A stretch of DNA of 64,000 bases from Leucoraja ocellata (taxonomy: Eukaryota): positions 1 to 64,000 of the forward strand of contig JAWMAR010000028.1 in the NCBI GenBank assembly GCA_036785375.1, in the 5' to 3' direction. This document shows positions 25,301-37,075 of the stretch, one piece after another; within the stretch, counting starts at the first letter, position 1; each line of letters starts with the position of its first letter. The notes beneath the pieces were generated by a model. The model saw only the letters and a list, made by a program, of their open reading frames with translations, did not search any database and was not told the DNA's origin. Position numbers and translations under genes: made by a program.

Positions 25301-28300
25301 AGCACATGTAGCTTACAGAACTACCCCAACTAAAAGGTAGGAAAGTGCAACATCACTCATTGAAGTAGATTGGACATTTGATGTCCCAATTATATTTAAA
25401 GTGATCATTGTAACTATCTGGGACATATGACAATAACACACTCGATTCTTGAATATTAATTGAATTACTTAAACTGTATTTGGACACCACAATTCAACAT
25501 GAACCAATTGAGGCTCAAGGTTATACCTTAAGAGTCAAGAGTGTTTTATTGTCATATGTTCCAGATAGAATCGTTAAATTCTTACTTGCGCAACACAACA
25601 GAATATGTAAACATAGTACACTGTAAACAATATGATAAACGGGAGAAAAAGTCCAGTGTGTATACATACACACCAACAAGTACACACACACACATGGACC
25701 CAGTTTCATGTCTCCCTTATCTTGATATTAGGTTCTTAGTTCTAATTACTTATTAAATAAAAAAATCTGCCTTGCTTAGAAGCAACTTAACACAACCGTA
25801 CAATTAAACAAGTTTGGTCTCCTGAAAGCCTTCTTGAGAGAGGAATTAAACTGCTAATTCAAGCACTTGCATACATATGATCTGTTCAGATGTGAACCTA
25901 ATTGGCACCCAAACATTTAACATTTTTATGTAACATTTTCGCTTTGGTTATCAGCTGAGGTGCCTTCTTTCTGAGCATGTTCTTTACAAATCAACAAGTT
26001 TGACCTGAGGTCCTCAATAATTATGAGCGACATCATGATTACGGATACCATTGTCGTAAATTATAATTTCCACAAAGAAATTGCAAACAAGATTAATAAA
26101 ATTTGACGTTGATTATTAATCCATTCTTTTATTGCGAGGTGAGCAAAGACAAAAAAAAAGGGCGCACGATGAATGATGTTAAAGTTTGAAAGCCAGTTCA
26201 ACACATCAGGGCCAGATCAACTGAAATTTTTCAGTCCTTCCATGAAGCAGAAATTCAGGGAAGGTTTGCAAAGCACCGGCGACACATTTTGCCTGTGCCT
26301 TATTTGATCAAAAAACAACATAGCTTCTGTTCCCCAATGCATAAAGCACAATGAATGTCATCATTGCACTTGATATTTTGACTTAATTTTCCTTTTTGAA
26401 CTCAGCCACAAAGGAAAATGCAATTATTGTCATGGCACAGGGAAAACATAAGAAAGTGCAGTCCTCACTTTCAGATTAGAGAGTATATTAAAATATTTTT
26501 TGCACCCCCTTGTCTAAAGTCTTGCAGTTCTTCCTTATTTGGTAAACGTATTTCACAGTTAGGGCACTTTGGGAAGAAGGGAAGTAAAGTTTACTGAAAT
26601 AACATTTGGTCTGGAGATAGGCACAAAAAGCTGGAGTAACAGCGGGACAGACAGCATCTCTGGAGAGAAGGAATGGGTGAAGTTTCGGGTCGAGACTGTC
26701 TGAAGAAGGGTCTCGACCTGAAACGTCATCCATTCCTACTCTCTAGAGATGCTGCCTGTCCCGCTGAGTTATTCCAGCTTTTTGTGATCTTCGGGTTAAA
26801 CCAGCATCTGCAGTTCCTTCTTACACACTTGGTATAGAGAGCTGAGATGTACAACATTCTGCTAAAGCATCACCATTGGCAATGGATGCAATTGGTGATT
26901 TTTTTTTACAAGAATCTGTTGTAGAAACTTCACATTTACAAAAATAAAAGTGACAAAACAGCAGCAATATTTTGTTAATAAGTGGGAAGTTTGTTAACAA
27001 ATGTACTCTTTGGTAAAGTATGTGAGAAAAAGGGGATAACTGCTCCACGATCCCAGAAACAATTTAGCACCATTCTTCAAGTCATGTATTTAGACCATGT
27101 ATTAATAATAATTGTATATTTCTATATCTGCATGTGTAACTATCTTACTTCTCTCATCATTGGAGTAGATCCACAGGAAGTGTACTTAGACAGACCTTTC
27201 AAAACATCAGTTCACCTCTCAAGCTGTCGGACAAGATGGATTTATTCATCTTTCTTTGCCTACATACTCAAAATATGTCAAATACTGTTGGTTTGAACCC
27301 CCCCCCCCCCCCATTGAAATGATTGTACATGGGTGTGTGGGTGGAAGAAATATGCACAACCCTACCAAGAATGACAAACAAAAGATGACCAGATGCTTAA
27401 ACAATGCATAACCATCAGATGGGTTGAATTGTCTGTATTGTAAATATGCACAACCTTAAACTCATCTCCACCCTGCTACTCCTGTCAGAAACTATTTACC
27501 AAACACTTGCGTATTCCCATTTTATTGTCATTCACATCCTCAACTAGATCTCTCTAGCCACCTTATAATTTCCTGCCTTCTTGCTTCCATTCTCTTTTGA
27601 CAGGTAGTCTTTGTCCATTTCTCAATGTTTCACAGATGGAAGAGATTATGATTTCTGCTTCTGATAAGCAATTAGAACTTACATTTCTTGTCGGTACATT
27701 ATCAAAATTGAACCACTGAACCATGTAAAAATATTCTTAAAATGTTAAACTTCCAGATTGGCCAAAATCCAAATGCTTACTTTATATTTGCAATAATTGG
27801 CATGTGGAATTGCCTTGGGTGTCAAGATTTGGAATCTATAGTACCAAAGACAAAAAGTGCAGCATGATGTAAGATGGATTTGCAGCACTACTATATTATG
27901 GAAGCTCCAAATTTGTGGAAGAAAAGTAAGACAGAAGAAAGGAATTTGAAGCAATTAGGATGAGTTAGTTAGGATAAGGATTAGGAGTCTGAAGAAGGGC
28001 CTCGACCCGGAACGTCACCCATTTCTTCTCTCCAAGAGATGCTGCCATCCAGCCTGTTGTGTCTAGTTTGGATAAGAGTTGAAGTGAATCTTTATGTCAT
28101 ATGAACAGATGCCAAGAAAAAAAAGTTTAAGGAGCAATGGCTGGAACAGAATTTAACCAAGGTAAATATTGCCTCATTAAAGGTAACATTTAGCATTTCA
28201 CAATTTTCAATTCTGTGCGCCTCTTGGAAAGCAGTGATCAGTTTCAAAATGCAACTAGATTAAATCAAGAATGTATAATTGACAAATAAATGTAACCCAA

Positions 28301-31300
28301 AAATGTTGCATTACCTCATATAAACTGAAGTAAAAGAGGCATATCTGTTTTAAAATAATAATATAAATTTAAGTTACATTTGGAAGAATATTGAGTATGT
28401 TACAACCTTTTTGGGGTTTAGATCTCCAAATTGAGGAAACTAGCCCTAACCCCGTGATTTTAGATCAATGTTTTTTTCTCCATTGGAATAGCGTGACCTG
28501 CTATCAGCTTCACAATCAGGCAAGGTGGCATAATCGGCCTCTAACGGCTGAAGAAGGGTCTCGACCCGAAACGTCACCTATTTCCTTCGCTCCATAGATG
28601 CTGCCTCACCCGCTGAGTTTCTCCAGCATTTTTGTGTACCTTCTAACTGCTGTACTCATTTGACCTGTCCTCATCTTATCAGATATTCTATTTGTTTTGA
28701 ACATTCCTCCCACCTCCTCTGCAACTTACAAGTTACTTATTTTAAAAACTCTTTCCAGTTCTGACAAAGATTCTTGGAATTGAAATGGTAACTGTTTATT
28801 TTTCCAAAGATGCCACCTCTTTTGAAGTACCCAGCATTTTCTGCTTACATTCAAGATTCTTTTGTTAAAAATAACCAAAACAATATTATTGATCTCAACA
28901 CTAGAAAATATCCATTATATTTTAACCACTGTTTGAAATGATTTGTCGCACACTTTCAGAATTTGTTTGCTTTATTCAATCCAGTGATTCTATAAAGACT
29001 GAATTCCCTCAACCCAGTTTTAACAGTTTTAAACATTTTAATGACTTTTCAGGAAAGAGCTCAGCAGCAACCTTATGTTTTCCCATCTTAATGCTAAATT
29101 AAGTGAATGCACTACACATTATCAACAAAAATGCAGTTGTTTTATTTCTGATTTATAATTCAGGCAGTTTTGGAGTATGTGCCAGCCTGGTGACTCCTTT
29201 GAAAATACACTTGTCTAAATGAATAATGCTTATGTTCAAACTATGAGCATTTAACAAAACCTGCTTGCATCAAGATAAACAGTGGCTGGCTTACGTTTCT
29301 TGATTTTGCTACACTACCTTTCTATTATTTATTATACCGCAGAGCCATGATGTCGCTAAGACCTTAAGAAATACTTAAATTGGAACTCAGGTAGCAAGAT
29401 GGGAGACAGACAGACTGGCACCCAATCTCCCCACCCATGATTTGATGCCAGACTTTCAACACGCAGAAACACATGAACAGGAAGTCTATAGGTATCATGA
29501 ACTATTAATCCTTACTAATGTGGACATGGTTTGCACAAGTCAACTCTTTTAGAAACAAATGTATTTCTCCCACAAAAGCATAAACCTATTCCATAGTGTT
29601 CAAAAGATTGGATTTGCACAGACTCTTCTTCAGTCGAATGAAGCTTTTTTTTCTGGTTGACTTCATCTGAATGCTGCCTTAGTAATCTATGTCAATTATA
29701 ATACATATAATTAAGAGTTTTGAACTATTTTATTTTGTAATTCCAAATCATGTTGACTCCTTAAAACACTGCATTGTCCAGGAAAGATGCAGTTTAAATA
29801 AACAGCTTTAAACCCCGCCCCCCACATTTTTTTGCTTCAAAAATATCCATGCACTTCTCTACACAGCCAAACGAGACCAGTTATATCTTGCAACATTGTT
29901 AATTATATTGAAAACCTGTAATTCAATTTGAACAGTGATTTCTCCCTTTAGGATTAAAACGTTATGGATTAATCAAAAGGTCATGGCAATATATTTAATG
30001 CAGGACAATTTCATTGTCCTATCTGGGACACATGGCAATAAACTCTTGACACTTTCGTACAGTACAGCTTAATACTGTTGCAATGCGATTCAATGAAATG
30101 TTAGCTGCCTGGTCAAGTAAAAAATATCTAATATAGGCTATTGTTTTCACTCATATTTCTTCTGCAACTGACATCACCAGAAACTTTTAAAAAATTACTT
30201 AATGGTGTCTTTTGGCCTTAGAAAATAAAATGGGACTGGGTACGCTTCTACTATCGCTGCCACATCCACAACTACAGAACTGTGGCATTCATTTCCGTTC
30301 TGATGAATTGTTTAAAACATGTTCAGATCCTTGTTCTCCTCTCTCTGAGCACCGATGAAGCTGATGGGAATCACCATAAAGCTCTTCAAGACACCAGCGC
30401 CCCTTGAAATTCGGGATCCCATTGTAACGACGGGCAGGGCAAGTGGAAAAGTGTTTTTTTTTTAACGTGTTTGTTGTAAAGTTTAAAATGTTAATAACTT
30501 GTAAAATATACCATCAATCTGAACAAAACTTGTTTCATTTGCATCACGGGACAATGGTGAGTAAGGTGGGTCCAAAATTGTATGTCCAATTAATTGTCCA
30601 AGATGAGTTTTAGTAATATACTAGACCAAGTGCAGACCCGTTGGGACTGCTCCCCCAACGCAGCTGTTCTCTACCCGTAGCCCCCACGGGAGACGTGGTA
30701 TTCCAACTCAAGCGGCTCAGGAATCAGCAGAGCGTCTGTTTTTAAATGGCGTCTTTGAGGCGAGATGCGGGCACCAGCAGCCGTTATGGTCGCTGGCAAG
30801 CAGGAGGCGACAAAATGAGTGAGTGGGGGGGGGGGGGAAAGAAGGATTTTATTCAAAATGTGTACATAAACACGACAAAATTTAATGAGTGGATACTTGG
30901 AATGAAAACTGAAATCTCTACCGAAATGGAAAAATCAGGGCGTTTGTGGGTCGGGTGTTGGCGTAGCAACGAATCAAAGGCTGGCAGCCACAAGTCAGAA
31001 ACACACACAGCCAGACACACAGAGTTTTAAATGTAGATAGATAGACAAGAGAGAGATATCAAATGCGTTGGGATTCTCCTTAACCCAATTTACCAAGGAC
31101 ATTTCATGGCCTATTTTAGCTCTCCTAATTCCCTACTTTTATTATACTCCTCAAAGGTCCTGTTAGGTTTTATCTCCCTAGACTTTGCGCATACTGCCTT
31201 TTCTTTTTCAACCAAATTTACCTCTCTAATCGTTACTTCACAAGGTTAGACTCAGGAATCTGTGTTGGTCTCCATAAAACAATGAAAATTGTGTGGAAAT

Positions 31301-34277
31301 TTAATGGACATTGCACAATCACAAGTGGCTTAATTTGGGTATATAAGAAGAAAGCTGTTCATAAGCAGCTGGTTCAACGAAACAGGCATCAAGATCCACG
31401 ATTTTGAGTAATTGATTCAATGAGGAAGGGGAGAAGAGGGAAAATGCTACATCACTCATTAAAAAAAAGTAATTCCATGATTCAACGAAACTTAATCCAT
31501 TGGTTAAAAAAGGTTGAGGTGCGATTACACTGGAGAGTGTAGAATCGATTTTAGGGAATTGCCCAACTTGGAATAGTGTAGACACAAGGAGGTTCAGATA
31601 CCATGGTTTTTCTTTTTGGATCAGATGAGGCAAAGGAAAAGCCTATTTCTCTTTCAAAAAATGGGCACAGGGCTTGGTAGGATTAGAGAACAATGGCAAT
31701 ATTCTCTGGAAGTGGACAGGGAGGAAGGGGTGGTGTTGTAGGAATAGGGAAAGGATTGTAAACAAAAAAAATATTTAAAAAGAAAGAAGTGTATTTGGGA
31801 AGCCATGACATGCAGGCTTTATGCCAAACATTTGTAGATGTGATATGGCTGGGCTGCTCGTTTTCACTCCAGACACAAAATAGACCAAATGGGTCATAAC
31901 CTGTGTCATAACTATTCAATAATTTTTAAGGATTCACCAATTCCCTAACAGAATGTCATGAACTTAAACGCTAATCTGCAGCTTGAATACATTATCGTAG
32001 GTGACATCTTGGTGCAGTGCCGATGCTGTCAGAGCCAGAATCTTTTTGCTGTGATTTATATATAAAAATAAAACAGTATACGGACAACTAACAAACAAGG
32101 CCCTTCCACCTGTGACCAAGTACTTCATTTGGCTTTTTTGCGGGGGTAATGAAAGGCACAATACAGTTGGAGGTTTTTTAATTTATTACCCAACTCCATG
32201 GCAACAAACGTCATTGACATTTTCAAGAAGCAGGGACACAAAGCTAAATGTTATAGGGCCTTTTGTGAAGGACATCGATGAATCAATCAAGATTTAAAAA
32301 CAACCATTTAGCCTAATTACACTAAATTTCTTGTTATTTTCACAACCAAAGTATTAGATCGTCTGCAAAGCAAGGTTACTGACACTACTTAACAACTAGA
32401 AGGGAATTCACAAACAAAAGATTGGTGGTCTCTGTATAACTCTAATATGCATCAATTGCCTGACATGCATCGATATATTACAAATAATTTGACGTCAAAC
32501 TGCAATTTTCACTCAACTTATCAGCTTGCACATTCCATTGTAATGTCAGATCTGTTTAGTTTATTGTCATATATTGTCAGGGCGGGACAGTGACATAAAA
32601 GCAGTGTTACTACAGTGCCAGAGCCCCAGGTTCGATCCTAACTATGGGTGCTGTCTGTATGGAATTCATGCAATAGACAATAGGTGCAGGAGTAGGCCAT
32701 TCAGTCCTTCGAGCCGGCACCGCCATTCAATGTGATCATGGCTGATCATCCCCAATCAGTACCTCGTTCCTGCCTTCTCCCCTATCTAGCTCGCTCTTGA
32801 AAGCATCCAGAGAACCTGCCTCCACCGCCCTCTGAGGCAGAGAATTCCACGGACTCACCACTCTCGGTGAGAAAAGGTGTATCCTTGTCTCCGTTCTAAA
32901 TGGCTTACTCCTTATTCTTAAACTGTGGCCCCTGGCTCTGGACTCCCCCAACATTGGGAACATGTTTCCTGCCTCGAGCGTGTCCAAATCCTTAGCAATC
33001 TATGTTCTCCCTAATGACAGCCTCGGGGTGGGGTCAGGGTGCTGGTGCAGCGCGGTCAGTGACTCTGGGTGGACGGAGGGACCAGACTATCCCCAACTCG
33101 GCTGCAGTTGACGGGGTCGATGCTGGGTGGTCGGGGGTGTGTGTGTGTGCACCCAGAGCCGCGGCCCCGCTCCACCCGGCCCCTTGTGTGACAGTGCGGC
33201 CACACAGGGGGAGATGTGGCGGACAGCACTGACCCCGGGGGGGGGGGGGGGGGGATGTTCTGAGGGATGCACTCCTTTGGCTGCTTACACCTTGGTGCTT
33301 GAGTTCAGAGCAAAGATACTAGAGCATTTGGTTCAGAGCGCTCAGTCACCCTCCAGCCCCGGGCAGTCTTGGGACGGGACTTGCGCTCAATCCGCTGGCA
33401 CGCTGCTCTTTCGCAAGTCATTGAGCAGTAGTGATTTTGGCGGTTTTCACTCAGTTACCCCTATTTCCACAATTTTATACAGCGCAAAAATTTACCATTT
33501 TGGCAGCTTTTAACAGGTAAGAACATATGTGTTGCATGTGTTACTAGTGTATGCCAGAAATTGTCTTGCCTTCTGGATTGAGCTACTCCATGCATCACAC
33601 CCTTTGACCCGATGACCTTATGTGCAACCACCCTATACTTCTAGGTTTAAAAGCAATATTAGAGCAAGACCAAGCGAAGAAACCTCGCAAATATATTTAC
33701 AAATAAGATCTGTATTCACGCCATCCTGCAGTGCTAATGTTTTTAACCCATTTTAAACGAAATCATGTGATTTTGACCTTAAAAAAAACTGAAATCTTGA
33801 GCAGCTGGAAAAAAGTGTTACTTTAAAATATGGCTGAAATTGAAAAAAAAAAGCACTACATATGGGTTGCCGTATTTTCTGTACGATCGAGTAACTCGTA
33901 TCGTGCAGGGCATCTTGAAACAATGGCACTACAGAAATAAGTGCAAACTATTTCCTTTTAACATTAGACGCTTAGACCTTTCTACTCCTTGAGGCAATCC
34001 GCTAAGAGCCGAACAATTAGAGCTTTAACATCGATGGGTTTACTTTATTTTTGTGGGGTAAGAGAAAGATGACAATATAACCGAAATCGTCGTTCTCTCT
34101 TGGAGCAACTCAGGCCCAGGGAGGTGCATTAATTGGAAAGCCCATGGGTGAAACATTAAGGACGTCAGCAATGCTCATTCACAGATTAGCGAACTCGCGC
34201 ATTCAATGCACATTTTTACCTTTCAATTGCTTCATTCGCGTCACCTCCTCGTCAGAAAATCCTGCCCAACCAGCCAT
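12931..34277 (-). CDS. GORAB: GORAB, RAB6-interacting golgin; spliced CDS join(34220-34277,18645-19011,17720-17821,16718-16858,12931-13384), 373 aa
   Basis: The translation contains [56 protein letters not shown] and [30 protein letters not shown], which match remembered vertebrate GORAB sequence. All four introns are GT-AG with phases 1,2,2,2, and 58+367+102+141+454=1122 nt. Confidence 0.96.
15039..15757 (+). mobile_element. CR1 (HER1-like) LINE, 5'-truncated, in GORAB intron 4
   Basis: [41 protein letters not shown]; (TCTATTG)n tail. Confidence 0.9.
15984..16265 (-). mobile_element. HE1-type SINE in GORAB intron 4
   Basis: Reverse complement of the 8443 and 47558 copies. Confidence 0.82.
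16718..16858 (-). CDS. GORAB: GORAB coding exon 4
   Basis: [46 protein letters not shown]; acceptor TTCTAG|G, donor TAA|GTAAGA; 141 nt. Confidence 0.95.
17480..17712 (+). mobile_element. Solo LTR (233 bp) in GORAB intron 3
   Basis: Termini TGTGGCG...CGCCACA; 4-bp TSD CCCT (17476-17479 and 17713-17716); TATTTAA at 17583 and AATAAA at 17641; CpG-rich. Confidence 0.88.
17720..17821 (-). CDS. GORAB: GORAB coding exon 3
   Basis: [33 protein letters not shown]; acceptor TCTGCAG|G, donor AAG|GTGAGG; 102 nt. Confidence 0.95.
18645..19011 (-). CDS. GORAB: GORAB coding exon 2
   Basis: Lies within ORF 18575-19048. Acceptor TTTTCCAG|AT completes Asp. Encodes [12 protein letters not shown]. In-frame donor ATT|GTTAGT is phase 2 and matches exon 3. 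Confidence 0.92.
24370..24958 (+). pseudogene. Degenerate ZFP36/ZFP36L-family (TTP-like tandem CCCH zinc finger) copy, antisense in GORAB intron 1
   Basis: YGDKCQLAH...[21 protein letters not shown] matches the TZF domain, but the KTELC lead-ins are missing. DSLSDQ motif is present. A +1 frame gives the terminal [11 protein letters not shown] (24923-24958), the CNOT1-binding tail. GC-rich island in an AT-rich intron. Confidence 0.85.
26615..26826. mobile_element. Inverted (foldback) pair of Penelope-derived hammerhead units in GORAB intron 1
   Basis: CACAAAAAGCTGGAGTAA...GGGTCGAGAC followed by GTCTGAAGAAGGGTCTCGACCTGAAACGTC...CCAGCTTTTTGTG. Confidence 0.82.
27987..28063 (+). mobile_element. 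Penelope-derived unit with mutated core (GGAA in place of GAAA)
   Basis: GTCTGAAGAAGGGCCTCGACCCGGAACGTCACC; flanked by TAGTT(A/T)GGATAAG repeats. Confidence 0.7.
28548..28575 (+). ncRNA. Minimal (Penelope-type) hammerhead ribozyme core
   Basis: CTGAAGA-A-GGGTC-TC-GACCC-GAAAC-GTC: CUGANGA box, 5-bp stem II, GAAA box, palindromic ACGT in place of helix III, GUC triplet. Part of a unit at about 28548-28641. Confidence 0.65.
30400..30620 (-). mobile_element. 5' portion of a second Helitron-like element abutting the first
   Basis: Its end TATATTACTAAAACTCATCTTG resembles the 5' end of the 50.1-51.1 kb element (TAACTAAAGCTCTGATCTTG). Left boundary is approximate. Confidence 0.5.
30621..31041 (-). 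mobile_element. Non-autonomous Helitron
   Basis: On the minus strand: 5' TCTA.. start, 3' hairpin (GCAGACCC-GTT-GGGACTGC, 30632-30650) about 10 nt before CTAG|T, and no TSD. Confidence 0.72.
32673..33003 (-). mobile_element. CR1 LINE 3' fragment
   Basis: ORF 32736-32987 [20 protein letters not shown]; same family as the 15039 copy. Confidence 0.87.
34220..34277 (-). CDS. GORAB: GORAB coding exon 1 ([19 protein letters not shown])
   Basis: ATG at 34277-34275; conserved WAGFS-EE motif; donor AAG|GTAAAA, phase 1. Too short to appear in the ORF track. Confidence 0.93.
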
Positions 34278-34279
34278 AC

Positions 34280-34580
34280 TTCCCACACAGTGATTCTAAA
34301 GAGGGAAAAACTGCCGGTGCAAATGTGTGGAGTGGTGAGGCTGTACCGAGGCCTACTGGTTCTGAGCCAACGCAATGCGCACGCGTGTGCAGGACGCCGA
34401 GTGCGTGGCACCGGACCTGCTGCGCATGCGCAGTTGCTTGGTGGTGCGCGCGCGCCTCCTGCACCAGGAGAGGCACGTGACCCAGCGCGGCGGTTGGCGC
34501 TGATCACCTGACCAAAGATCCTGCACCTGACCGGTGCATTTTACAGGAGTTGTCAGGAAACTTTGCACGGTTTGTTCAAA
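34280..34580 (-). promoter_or_regulatory. GORAB CpG-rich promoter / 5' UTR with NRF1 site and E-box
   Basis: GC- and CpG-rich patch directly upstream of the ATG. Perfect NRF1 palindrome TGCGCATGCGCA at 34421-34432. GGCACGTGAC (GTCACGTGCC on minus; USF/TFE-type E-box) at 34472-34481. Confidence 0.8.
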
Positions 34581-34753
34581 CTAATTATACGTGTCGGAAG
34601 GTCAGTTGACTGCAAAGGTGTTTTTTATTTTTATTTTAAATGCTGAGAACATTTAATTAAAAAGCTTAAGAGTGTAGGAGTGACCCAACCAACGTCCATC
34701 TCCCTCCACGGATACTGCCCGACCCGCTGAGTTTAGTTTTAGTTCAGAGATAC

Positions 34754-35617
34754 TAGCAATGTTACAAAATTTTGAGATTTTAAAAATCAAGTCTGCAATT
34801 TATCCCATCAGATAAAGCATAACAATAAGTTTAATTTGACACCAAATTCACTTTCATATCTCAAGTATTAAAAATAAGTTATGGCCATTTTCATACTCGG
34901 AAATTAGCATCTTGTTCCCTATTGATTTTCAATGGACATTACAAAAAAGCTGTGATCTTGGATAGTCAACAGGCCATTTCTTAAGGAAAGATTAACATTT
35001 TTAAATAGCCTAAGTGTCCAAAGATTATTCACAAATAATTCACAATATAACATGATTTTTATATCTAATTTACATTAATTTATAGGCCAAATGGAAGGAA
35101 TTTAGTGTTCAATTGCTGTAAATAAATGCCCATTTAAATCGGCTTTCCAGTGGGTTTCTGTGAACGCGCTGGTTTAGAATGTTGACAGCGCGCTAGATTA
35201 GTGCCCTCAAATGCCGAGAAAAATACTGCGGGATATAAAAAGCCCAAAATGAACCACTCGCTATAGATAACTTTAATTACAGGGTTATATATATGCCCCA
35301 TTTAATGTAAAAATAAGGTACATACCTTTAATTGTTTGCTATATAAAACCCTGGGGCTCCGAGAGGTCGTGGAATAAAACATTAATTTTAAAATTATCAT
35401 AACTATATTATCGAGGCCTATAAAACTAATAATACCTTTTGCGACCGGGTCTTGCAGCGATTTTTCGTTAATGATTTACTAGGCTGAACATCTGCGATTA
35501 GTACAGCCTAGTAAAAATCGCGTTTTAAACCCGCCCCCTCCAAACAGCGCCAAAATCGCCGACATGGCTGAGGGCAGATTCCCAATGGCGATTCAGGTAG
35601 GTTTTGTAACATACCTA
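34754..35617. mobile_element. Non-autonomous TIR DNA transposon (MITE) inserted in an HE1 SINE
   Basis: TIRs TAGCAATGTTACAAAA and TTTTGTAACATACCTA; duplication (A)GAGATAC on both sides; the SINE resumes after the insert. Confidence 0.82.
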
Positions 35618-35912
35618 GAGATACAGCGCAGAAACAGGCCCTTCAGCCCACCGACCATCGAACCCCGTACACTTACACCATCCTACACACACTAGGGACA
35701 ATTTACAATTTTACCAAAGCCAAGTGTCCTACAAACCTGTACCTCTTTGGAGTGTGGGAGGAAACCGGAGCACTCGGGGAAAACTCACGGGGAGAAGGTA
35801 CAAAGTCCATAGAGACAACACCCATAGTCAGGATTGAACCTGGGGCTCTGGCGCTGTTGTAATACTGCTTTTATGTCACTGGCGCTTTAAGGCAACAATT
35901 CTACCACTGCGC
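35618..35912 (-). mobile_element. HE1-type SINE (tail displaced to 34731-34753 by the MITE insertion)
   Basis: GAGATACAGCGCAGAAACAGGCCCTTC...GGCAACAATTCTACCACTGCGCC. Confidence 0.82.
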
Positions 35913-36094
35913 CCAATACTTTATATTTAGGACATGTTAGGACTTTAGAGACACATACAGGCTGATTTTTGTGTGTGATATATTTCGCTGCTCAAAAGCA
36001 ACTGAATAATTGCATGAAATGTAGTGGCAGATTAGAACTAAGAACCTGGCCCATCACATTGGCCCTTCGGTTACACGTGAATGAAGATGATGGA

Positions 36095-37075
36095 AGCTCA
36101 AGCAAAACACAAAATGTTGGAGGACTTCAGCGAGACTGGCAGCATCTCTGGAGGAAATAGAAAGACGATGCCTCGGATTGGACATTTCACCCTCCTTTAC
36201 GTCGTGTAAACCAAGCGTAGACTCAGCGACTGTTTCGCTGAACAATTATGCTTGGTTCGTCATGGCCTGGATCTCCCAGTGGCTAACCATTTTAAATCCC
36301 TTTCCCATGACCATACTAAACTTTCTGTTCTGGACCCCTTTTATCCTCCATGGTCAGAGTAAAGGGCCTGTCCCACTGTATGAGCTAATTCAAGAGTTCT
36401 CCCGTGTTTCCCCTGATTCGAACTCAGAGAATTACGGTAATAGCTGCTCGTGGGTACTCGGGTCTCTCGTGGACATTTTTCAACGTTGAAAAATCTTCAC
36501 GAGTCTTCAGGAGCTTACTGCGTTTCCCGAGTACCTGCCGTTAGCGTTACGAGCTGCTAAGAGACGTCCCGAGCTCCGACGTACCCACTACGTACATTCT
36601 ACGTGCTTACCACGAGTTTGGGTTTTTTTAGAACTCGGGAGAGCTCTTGAATTACCTCGTACAGTGGGACAGGCCCTTAAGGCCACATGCAAATTGGAGG
36701 AACAGTACCTCGTATTTCATTTGGGCAGTTTACAACCCAGCCGTGTGAATGTAATATTTTTCATTTTCAGGTTCCCACTAGCTTCCCACTCTCCCTCCAC
36801 TAAAGGTCAGTTAACAAGTTCCCCAGTTTGCAACAATGTATCCCTCATGGAATCACACTGTCCCTTGCCAATAATTTGCTTATCAGGGAACCACCCTGCC
36901 TGAGGTAATCTGTTGCTGGCCCTGATTTATTCTGTTTTTTTCTTGCTTCCAGTCCCACCTCCCTATCCCCACATTCAGTCTGAAGAGGGTCCCTGCCTGA
37001 AACGTCACCGATCCTTTTTCTCCAGAGATGTTGCCTGACCTGCTGAACTAATCCAGCACTTTGTGTCTTTCTTTC
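36095..37075 (+). mobile_element. Degenerate Penelope-like 3' fragment with pLTR pieces
   Basis: LHGQS/ATCKLEEQYLVFHLGSLQPS homologous to the 52.6-kb endonuclease tail. It ends in a CTGAAGA..GAAACGTC unit at 36980-37007 and has an inverted piece at about 36105-36160. Confidence 0.7.
36363..36677. mobile_element. PIF/Harbinger-type MITE
   Basis: Long TIRs AGGGCCTGTCCCACTGTA..GAG.TAATTCAAGAG; TAA TSD at 36360-36362 and 36678-36680; interrupts a Penelope endonuclease remnant. Confidence 0.85.
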
